Below, in pieces: positions 19,637 through 26,654 of a DNA stretch of 64,000 nucleotides. The translations under genes were made by a program, and so were the position numbers. Source of the DNA: Candidatus Sungiibacteriota bacterium (lineage in GTDB: Bacteria; Patescibacteriota; Minisyncoccia; Sungbacterales; HO2-52-23). The stretch covers positions 35,976-99,975 of the forward strand of contig JACPYI010000002.1 in the NCBI GenBank assembly GCA_016196115.1, written 5' to 3'. How positions within the stretch are numbered: position 1 is the stretch's first letter; the number at the start of each line of letters is the position of its first letter. A model generated the notes under the pieces. It was not told the DNA's origin. It saw only the letters and a list, made by a program, of their open reading frames with translations, and did no database searches.

Positions 19637-19942
19637 ATGGAAAGAGAAGAAGCGTTGGTAATTTTAGCGCAATGGTGTTTTACCGCGAGATCTTTAGCGG
19701 AGCTTCAATTCATGCAAGGAACCGAATATATTTCTGAAATCAAGTGCGTGCATATTTTGAATCCTTCCGCAAACGTCTATCTTATTCTTCCAAAAGCTGG
19801 ACATGAGGAAACAGTTAACAGGCTGTGTCTGCAAAACGGACTTGTAAGAATCAACGAAGACTCTTCCTCTTCATTTTCATTCCTTGAAACTTTCCGTCAA
19901 CGTCATCAGATGTTATGGGATGAACTTTTAGAAAGTATGTAG
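19637..19942 (+). CDS. hypothetical protein (about 101 aa)
   Basis: ORF with AGGAGG six nt upstream of an internal ATG. No recognisable domain. Confidence 0.35.
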   Translation: MEREEALVILAQWCFTARSLAELQFMQGTEYISEIKCVHILNPSANVYLILPKAGHEETVNRLCLQNGLVRINEDSSSSFSFLETFRQRHQMLWDELLESM

Positions 19943-19972
19943 CAGCAACGCCTCGCCGAGTTCGGTGGGGTG

Positions 19973-21130
19973 TTATTTTTGAAGGGGAAACTCGTCGTAG
20001 TCCATCATGCTGGCCAAATCCCTGAGTTCAGTCTCCGCATGCGGATTGTGCGTGAAGGCGGCCGGTTCCATGAGCTGCTTGAAACGTCCCGAAAGAGTGC
20101 CGGCCCGGTAATACGCATCAAGAATATTTGCGTCAAAATGAGAATAAATCCGTCGCATCTTTTCCCGGAAAAACTCGTTCATGTCAGGGTTGGTTTGAAG
20201 AATTTCAGCAAACCGTATCTTCTGCCATAATAAAAAACCGATTTGCGTTTGCGCCCAGGCAAGCATGTCCTTGGCCGCATTGGCCATCTCAACGACACGT
20301 TCTTTCGGCTTGTCCGACAAATCCGCAAATCCGTCCGCTATTCGTTGGCGAAGCAACGCGCGCAACTCCCAGTATTCCGCGTTGCCCTTTTTACGAAATT
20401 CGCGTGGGTCAACACGCCCGCCTTCGGAAAGGTCTCCTATCGCGACAAGGGCGGTGACGAGCGAACTCTCGGCGGTAAGAAACGGCTGAAAGAATTTCAA
20501 CCCCGCGGGTCTGCCGTCTTCTGTTTTGGAAAGCATGTCAGTCACGTCAATGACAGCTTCCACCTCGCCGGCAGAGTTGCGCCGCCCTATCTTCGCATCA
20601 TCAGGAGAAGGAAAGGGCGCGGGGAACTCAACATCGGGATACGTCGCCGCAATCGCTGCCCGCGCCATGCGCCGGACATTTTCTGTAAAGTACGCGCCGT
20701 CAGGATCTTCCTCGTTCATAATCTGCTCCAGTTCAAGCCAGCTTGCCTCTTCATTGCCGTGTCGATCCTTCTCGCCCTTAAGGGCATCCCGCACAGCCGG
20801 CGGCATCTTCTCGCCAAATCCGCGGTACCGCATGGTGGTCCCATACCCGAACGTTCCCGGCGTCATGTTAACTCTTTTCCGAATGACCATGTCATGAGCC
20901 GCAGCCGCAAACCGACCTGCACGGCGCATCTCTTTGGTAACCGTGATGCCCGACTGCTCCGCAATATCAAGGCCCTCTTCCGCAGCCGCACCCACACCCT
21001 TTGGATGTTCGGGGTTATGATACGGCTCTCCCTCAAACTCCTTCGTCACCTTGTTTTCTATCCTCTCCATGGCACGTTCCCCAATCTGCTCTAACGAGCC
21101 CTCGCGATCTTCAAGAACTCCTTCTTTCAT
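19973..21130 (-). CDS. hypothetical protein, possible HD-type phosphohydrolase fold
   Basis: 385 aa. N-terminal GEPYHNPEHP...AAAHDMV resembles the H...HD arrangement, and the GEPYxxHP start is reminiscent of RelA/SpoT-type HD domains. The similarity is weak. Confidence 0.4.
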   Translation of the reverse strand: MKEGVLEDREGSLEQIGERAMERIENKVTKEFEGEPYHNPEHPKGVGAAAEEGLDIAEQSGITVTKEMRRAGRFAAAAHDMVIRKRVNMTPGTFGYGTTMRYRGFGEKMPPAVRDALKGEKDRHGNEEASWLELEQIMNEEDPDGAYFTENVRRMARAAIAATYPDVEFPAPFPSPDDAKIGRRNSAGEVEAVIDVTDMLSKTEDGRPAGLKFFQPFLTAESSLVTALVAIGDLSEGGRVDPREFRKKGNAEYWELRALLRQRIADGFADLSDKPKERVVEMANAAKDMLAWAQTQIGFLLWQKIRFAEILQTNPDMNEFFREKMRRIYSHFDANILDAYYRAGTLSGRFKQLMEPAAFTHNPHAETELRDLASMMDYDEFPLQK

Positions 21131-21263
21131 AGATGTTTTGTGATTAATTATCTGATGAAACCGACTCTTGCCAATATACTATCACACTTCTCCCATGCAA
21201 CAACCCCAGTATGTATCTGGTTGTAAGATTTAACAGCGTTGTTTATACTTTTCTTACCGGTAT

Positions 21264-21348
21264 GTCATGCCCGTGAAAACGGGCATCCAGAAATATGAGC
21301 ATCAGAGCCAAAATCAACATACTGGATTCCCGCGTAAGCGGGAATGAC
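21264..21348. repeat. double-hairpin MITE-like repeat, copy A (H1 variant with compensatory stem changes, long spacer, H2)
   Basis: gtcatGcccgtgaaaacgggCatccag ... ctggattcccgcgtaagcgggaatgac. In H1, t>g and a>c changes keep the stem paired. Confidence 0.7.
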
Positions 21349-21398
21349 GCATAAGAGTGTAAACAACGCTATGGATTCTTACACTTAGCAATCCAAAT

Positions 21399-22442
21399 CT
21401 ACATCCCCTGCTCTCTAATCATTTTGGAGAGGATGCCGCGCAGTTCTTCTTCGGAGAAGAATTCGACTACGATCTTGCCGCGCTCGCCCATGCGCTGGAG
21501 CTGGACTTTGGTGCCGAGCTGTTCCTGGAGGCGGTTTTGCCAGTCGCGGAGTTCCGGGTCCTGGACGGAGTAGCCGGGGCGTTTGCGGGGGGTGAGGGTT
21601 TTGCCCCCTACCTGGCGGGCGTGGGCCTCGGCGGCGCGCACGCTCATATTGTCGCTCATGATGTCGCGGTAGACCTGGAGCTGCTTGAGTTGGTCGTCTC
21701 CGGCCATGAGAATGGCGCGGGCATGGCCTTCGGTAACGGCGCCGGTGTTGAGAGCGGTCTGGACTTCAGCGGGCAGGGACAAAAGGCGCAGCACGTTTGC
21801 CACGGCTTCGCGCGATTTACCGATGCGCACGGCGATCTCCCGCTGCACCAGGTGGAATTCGTCGATCAGCTGCTTGTAGGCGCGGGCGCGTTCGATCGCG
21901 TTTAAATCCTCGCGCTGCACATTTTCAATGATGGCAAGCTCGAGGCGCACGCGATCGTCCGGCACGCCGCGGCGGATAATCGCCGGGATTTGCGAAAGAC
22001 CCGCCAGCTTTGACGCCCGCCATCTGCGCTCGCCTGCGATCAGCTGGTAGCGGACTTCGAGTCCGGCTGGCGTATCAATCTCCCGTTTGGTCACGAGGAT
22101 CGGCTGCAGCACCCCGTGCTCGCGGATGGAGCGCGCCAGATCCTGCAATGCTTCCTCGTTGAATTCGCGGCGCGGCTGAAACGGATTGGGTTCTATTTTT
22201 TCAAGCTCGATCCAAAACACGGCCTCGCCTCTGCGGGGCGTGAAGTGATCTTCATAGCTTCGCGCGAGCGGGGCGGAGGTGCCGGCTCCTACCGTCGGAG
22301 TACCGGTCGGAGGTTCGACTTCAGGGAGTACCGGAGGCGCGGGAATCTCGTTTGCGGGATCAAGCGCCACAGGTTCATTCTGCGTGCGGTCGGGAATCAG
22401 GGATTCGAGTCCTTTGCCTAGAGGATCCAAAAAAATTTTCAA
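21399..22442 (-). CDS. parB: chromosome partitioning protein ParB/Spo0J with Pro-rich N-terminal linker
   Basis: LGKGLESLIP N-terminal motif. ParB box (LQPILV, IAGERRWRA) and HTH region. Confidence 0.85.
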   Translation of the reverse strand: MKIFLDPLGKGLESLIPDRTQNEPVALDPANEIPAPPVLPEVEPPTGTPTVGAGTSAPLARSYEDHFTPRRGEAVFWIELEKIEPNPFQPRREFNEEALQDLARSIREHGVLQPILVTKREIDTPAGLEVRYQLIAGERRWRASKLAGLSQIPAIIRRGVPDDRVRLELAIIENVQREDLNAIERARAYKQLIDEFHLVQREIAVRIGKSREAVANVLRLLSLPAEVQTALNTGAVTEGHARAILMAGDDQLKQLQVYRDIMSDNMSVRAAEAHARQVGGKTLTPRKRPGYSVQDPELRDWQNRLQEQLGTKVQLQRMGERGKIVVEFFSEEELRGILSKMIREQGM

Positions 22443-22470
22443 TTTTCAATTTTCAATTTTCAAACAAAGA
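22438..22470. repeat. tandem heptamer array (attttca x4) overlapping the parB start codon, followed by inverted TTGAAAAT-like copies in the parA-parB spacer
   Basis: aaattttcaattttcaattttcaattttcaaac, then gaattga / aattgaaaatt in the spacer. Confidence 0.5.
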
Positions 22471-22519
22471 ATTTGAGAATTGAATCATTGGAAATTGATT
22501 AAAAATTATAAATTGAAAA

Positions 22520-23296
22520 TTAAGCTACCCGAATTTCCTCTATGCGCAAAATTTCCTCGGCCAATCGCCGGTATGCTTTGGCGCCGTGGCTGTAGGGGTC
22601 GTAGTGCAAAATGGTCTTGCCGTATGACGGGGCTTCGGCCAAGCTGATGTTTCGCGGGATCACGGTCTCGAACACATATCCGGGAAATTTACGCTTGATC
22701 TCTTTGGCGACCGCGCGGTGCAGGCGTGATTTGCGATCGTACATCGTGAGCAGGGCGCCCATGACGCCGACGCGGGTTTTGAGATTTGCGTTGATCAGCC
22801 GGATCGTGTGCAGGAGATCGGCAAGCCCCTCAAGCGCGTAATACTCGCACTGGCTGGGAATAATGATCTTTTGCGCCGCGACCAGCGCGTTGATCGTGAG
22901 CAGTCCTAAACTGGGCGGCGAATCAATGACAATGAAATCATATCCTTTGCGAACCTGCTCAAGCGCTTCTTTCAGTTTATACTCACGCCTCGGCATGTCA
23001 ACCAGTTCCACGCCCGCTCCGGCAAGCGCAGGAGTGGCGGGCAAAATATCCACCCCCAAAATTCCGGTTTTCCTGATCGCCTCTTTCACGTCCGCTTTGC
23101 CGATGAGCGCATGGTACACCGAAATCTCGATGCGCTTGGAGTTGAGCCCCATGCCCGAGGTCGCGTTTGCCTGCGGATCAAAATCCACCAGCAGCACTTT
23201 CTGTCCGAGCGCAGCCAAGAACGCCGCAAGGTTGGTGCTCGACGTGCTCTTGCCCACCCCACCTTTTTGATTGCAAAGCGTAATAATGCGCGCCAT
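22520..23296 (-). CDS. parA: ParA/Soj family partition ATPase
   Basis: Deviant Walker A MARIITLCNQKGGVGKSTSSTNLAA. Confidence 0.9.
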   Translation of the reverse strand: MARIITLCNQKGGVGKSTSSTNLAAFLAALGQKVLLVDFDPQANATSGMGLNSKRIEISVYHALIGKADVKEAIRKTGILGVDILPATPALAGAGVELVDMPRREYKLKEALEQVRKGYDFIVIDSPPSLGLLTINALVAAQKIIIPSQCEYYALEGLADLLHTIRLINANLKTRVGVMGALLTMYDRKSRLHRAVAKEIKRKFPGYVFETVIPRNISLAEAPSYGKTILHYDPYSHGAKAYRRLAEEILRIEEIRVA

Positions 23297-23394
23297 GTGT
23301 TTTTATGATACGCCTGATCGCGCGGAAATTCAATCACCCGGGAGAGTTGATTTTTCAATAATCTTGAGTTACTATGTCCGTATAAAAAGAACAT

Positions 23395-23478
23395 GCCGCT
23401 GTGATGAAATTGGCAAACATGCGGGACTCAAAATCCCGTGGGGGCAACCCCTTGTCGGTTCAAGTCCGACCAGCGGCA
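23395..23478 (+). tRNA. tRNA-Leu (anticodon CAA), type II with long variable arm
   Basis: Manual cloverleaf: acceptor GCCGCTG/CAGCGGC, 3-bp D stem, anticodon stem CGGGA/TCCCG with loop CTCAAAA, variable arm TGGGGGCAACCCCTT, T arm GTCGG-TTCAAGT-CCGAC, discriminator A. No encoded CCA. Confidence 0.85.
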
Positions 23479-24309
23479 TTATTTTTTCCCCGTCGCGAGC
23501 GCGACGAGATTTTTGAGAAGAACGGCAATAGTGACCGGGCCGACTCCGCCGGGGATGGGGGTGAGGTAGGATGCTTTTTTTGCAACCGATTCGGGGTCCA
23601 TGTCACCGACAAACTTGCCGGCGGATTCGGATGTGCCGGCATCGATGATCACGGCGTTTTCTTTGAGCATATCTCCCTTCACGAAATGCGGTTTGCCGAT
23701 TCCGGAGATCACGATGTCGGCTTTTTGAAGCAGCTGCTCCGGATGAGCCGTGTCTTCGGTGAGCATGTTCAACGACACGCCCTCCTGCAGGAGCCAAAGC
23801 GCTATGGGCCTGCCAACCAGGTTCCCGGCTCCGAGAATCGCGACGTGTTTGTTTTTATATTCGATCTTGTATTCTTCAAGAAGTGCTTTGACGGCTCCCG
23901 CGACCGGAGGCATGATCCTACTTTTGCCGACAATAAAACTCCCGATCGCGCGGCCGGAAAGCACGTCCACGTCTTTTTCGGGCGGGATCGCATTGAGGAT
24001 GTATTGTTTGTTGATGTGAGCCGGCACCGGAAGCTGGATGATAAGACCCGTGTTGTGCGGCTCGTGCACCAGCTTTGCGATGCGTTTGCGCAGTTCATTG
24101 GTTGTGATCGCCGCATCAAACGGATAGACCCGCACATCTATGCCGATCTCCTCCGCGGCTTTCTTCTTCTGCCCCACGAACTTCTCAATCACCGGATCTT
24201 TGCCGACCACGACCACGCCAAGCCGGATTTTCTTTTTCATCGCCGAAATTTCGCCCTTCAGTTCGTCAAAAATCCGCTGTGAAAGTTTTTTCCCGTCGAG
24301 AAGAATCAT
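23479..24309 (-). CDS. folD: bifunctional methylenetetrahydrofolate dehydrogenase/cyclohydrolase
   Basis: MILLDGKKLSQ... and the GxGxxVGRP NAD(P)-binding region (ILGAGNLVGRPIA). Confidence 0.85.
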   Translation of the reverse strand: MILLDGKKLSQRIFDELKGEISAMKKKIRLGVVVVGKDPVIEKFVGQKKKAAEEIGIDVRVYPFDAAITTNELRKRIAKLVHEPHNTGLIIQLPVPAHINKQYILNAIPPEKDVDVLSGRAIGSFIVGKSRIMPPVAGAVKALLEEYKIEYKNKHVAILGAGNLVGRPIALWLLQEGVSLNMLTEDTAHPEQLLQKADIVISGIGKPHFVKGDMLKENAVIIDAGTSESAGKFVGDMDPESVAKKASYLTPIPGGVGPVTIAVLLKNLVALATGKK

Positions 24310-25616
24310 ACGATTGGAAATTTTCTGCAAAGAGCCCCAATGCTCTTTCGTGTCCCAGAAAGGTTACTCTTAGCTAATGTCTCATAGATCAGTTGGGCGA
24401 CGATCTTCATCTCTTTTTCTTTCATGCCGCGCGTGGTGAGCGAGGGGGTGCCGATCCGGATGCCGGACGGGTCGAAGGGCGAGCGCGTGTCGTGCGGAAT
24501 GGTGTTGCGATTGACGATGATGCCCGCCTGTTCGAGTTTGTCCTGCGCCTGTTTGCCGGTAAGCCCCATATTGGTGAGATCGATGAGCATGAGATGATTA
24601 TCGGTACCACCGGAGACGAGTTTGAAACGGAGTTTCCGGAGATGTTGCGCAAGCGCTTTGGCATTTTTTACGATTTGCTTGCCGTATGTCTTGAACGTGG
24701 GCTTCATTGCCTCGCTTAAGCAAACCGCGATCGCGGCGGTCTGGTTGTCGTGCGGACCGCCCTGCAATCCGGGAAATACCGCGCTGTCAATCGCGCGGCT
24801 TATGCTGACTTTCGCGCCGGCTTTGTTTTTCGACATGATCATGCGGTCGTTGCGGGAAAAAATGAGCGCGCCACGCGGCCCGCGCAGGGTTTTATGCGTG
24901 GTGGTGGTAACTACATCGGCCAATACTTGTTCCTGCCCATTCCGCAGGCGGGCGCCTTTGGCGGAAAACGGCGACGGGTGGCTGCCCGATGCAACCAAGC
25001 CCGCGATATGCGCCATGTCCACTATGAGAAACGCGCCGACTTCCCGCGCAATATCCGCGAATTTTTCAAAATCGATGATGCGGGGATAGGCGGTAGCACC
25101 CGCAATGATCATCTTCGGTTTTTCTTTGCGCGCGATTTTGCGAATCTGGTCATAATCGAGAAAACCCTTAGCCGTGACATCATATGATACGATACGAAAC
25201 AACTTACCGGAGAAATTCACCGGGCTGCCGTGCGTCAGGTGGCCGCCGGACGAGAGCGCCATACCCATGACCGTATCTCCGGGCTTGAGCAAGGCGAAAT
25301 ACACGGCCATATTGGCCGGAGAGCCGGAGAGCGCCTGCACGTTCACGCTCCATTCGTCTCCGAGTTCGAACAATTTTTTCGCGCGTTCCTGGCACAGCAT
25401 TTCCACGTCGTCCGCGACTCCATTGCCCGCGTAATATCGTTTGCGCGGATAGCCCTCGGAATATTTATTGATCAATACAGACCCGACCGCTTCGAGCACC
25501 GCGTCCGACACGATATTTTCCGAAGGAATCAAATCAAGCGTCTCGCTCTGACGCTTCGTTTCCGCCGCAACAAGCTTCGCAATGTGAGGATCTGATTTTT
25601 TGAGATAGATATTCAA
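24306..25616 (-). CDS. glyA: serine hydroxymethyltransferase
   Basis: LIPSENIVS, the PLP-lysine region TTTTHKTLRGPRG, and overall SHMT architecture. Confidence 0.9.
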   Translation of the reverse strand: MNIYLKKSDPHIAKLVAAETKRQSETLDLIPSENIVSDAVLEAVGSVLINKYSEGYPRKRYYAGNGVADDVEMLCQERAKKLFELGDEWSVNVQALSGSPANMAVYFALLKPGDTVMGMALSSGGHLTHGSPVNFSGKLFRIVSYDVTAKGFLDYDQIRKIARKEKPKMIIAGATAYPRIIDFEKFADIAREVGAFLIVDMAHIAGLVASGSHPSPFSAKGARLRNGQEQVLADVVTTTTHKTLRGPRGALIFSRNDRMIMSKNKAGAKVSISRAIDSAVFPGLQGGPHDNQTAAIAVCLSEAMKPTFKTYGKQIVKNAKALAQHLRKLRFKLVSGGTDNHLMLIDLTNMGLTGKQAQDKLEQAGIIVNRNTIPHDTRSPFDPSGIRIGTPSLTTRGMKEKEMKIVAQLIYETLAKSNLSGTRKSIGALCRKFPIV

Positions 25617-25621
25617 AAAAA

Positions 25622-26299
25622 TTACAGGCTATTAATCTCCCAATCCTTATGCATCTGCGGCATCATCTGATAGGGACTCCAGGATTTTTTGAGTTCTTCG
25701 ATGTCGTGGGAGCGCTGATATTTCCCGTTCTCACCGGTATAATCGGAATCATGCGCGATCGGTTCGACCTCATAAAACACCATCTGGCCGACGCGCCGTC
25801 CCACCACGAGCGGGATCATAAAGTGCTGCGAGTTGTTGGTCACCTCCATGGTCCAGCGGTTGAAGTAGCCCACATCGCCCCAGCCGGCGTCCTTGCATAC
25901 TTCAATAAAGTTGCGACCCATAGATGAGCGCGCATACAGTTTGGCAACCGCCCGGTCGCGTCCGCCGATAAACTCTTCCGTGTGCGCAAGAATGCTTTCC
26001 CCGGGCCGCAACAAGATTATTTTATCGCTCGGCTTGATGTTTGCAAGCTCGACTCCAAGCCGGCGCGACACCTCATGCGCGCCTTCGGCCTGATGCGGCC
26101 CCCGCCAGACCCGTCTGGTGGACTCCTCGTCGTAGATATTGTGCAGGGTGGCGCGCCCGTCAGGATGGCCTTCGCGCCAATACCATTCCCCGAGCGATAC
26201 GTCATAGCTTACGGTTTTAAGCTTGCGCTCGTCGAACGGGTCAATGACAATATTCCCCTCTTTCCAATGCCGCAAAATCGCGTTTCGGGATAGTAACAT
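25622..26299 (-). CDS. dcd: dCTP deaminase family protein
   Basis: GNIVIDPFDERKLKTVSYDVSLG dUTPase-fold motif. 225 aa, so possibly the bifunctional type. Confidence 0.8.
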   Translation of the reverse strand: MLLSRNAILRHWKEGNIVIDPFDERKLKTVSYDVSLGEWYWREGHPDGRATLHNIYDEESTRRVWRGPHQAEGAHEVSRRLGVELANIKPSDKIILLRPGESILAHTEEFIGGRDRAVAKLYARSSMGRNFIEVCKDAGWGDVGYFNRWTMEVTNNSQHFMIPLVVGRRVGQMVFYEVEPIAHDSDYTGENGKYQRSHDIEELKKSWSPYQMMPQMHKDWEINSL

Positions 26300-26303
26300 A
26301 AAG

Positions 26304-26654
26304 TCACTCTATCACGATCATTAGTAACTCATCAAGCTCTTCTTTGCTGATCGCACCCGTTCGTAAAATCATCGGCTTGGCGTCGGTATAATCAATTACT
26401 GTGTGTGAACTGTTCGCCGATGTCTGCGCAACCGGGACATCGGTATGCTGAAGCAGTTGGACAACAAGCGGATCATCGGACATGCATACGCCGATTGTAT
26501 CGGATCCGTCGGTCAGCGCTTTTGGCAAGTTTTCTTTGTGGTGGAAAATCACCGTAACCGAGCCGGGCCAGATCTTTTCGAGAAACCGCCCTTTTGCATC
26601 ACAAATATAGGCGTAACGGCGGGCCATAGCGATGTCACTCACAAAAATATTCAC
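26304..26654 (-). pseudogene. N-terminally truncated YrdC/TsaC (Sua5-family) domain ORF
   Basis: 116 aa aligning only to the C-terminal two-thirds of the YrdC domain (WPGSVTVIF...TSANSS...). The ATP-binding N-terminal roughly 85 aa are absent, and the upstream gene's stop abuts its start. Confidence 0.45.

Noticed and set aside
22438-22470. Possible CRISPR-like array
   Set aside because: The units are only 7 bp with no spacers, there are only 4 copies, and they overlap the parB start. This is a regulatory tandem repeat, not a CRISPR. No cas genes or CRISPR-type repeats were seen anywhere in the window.
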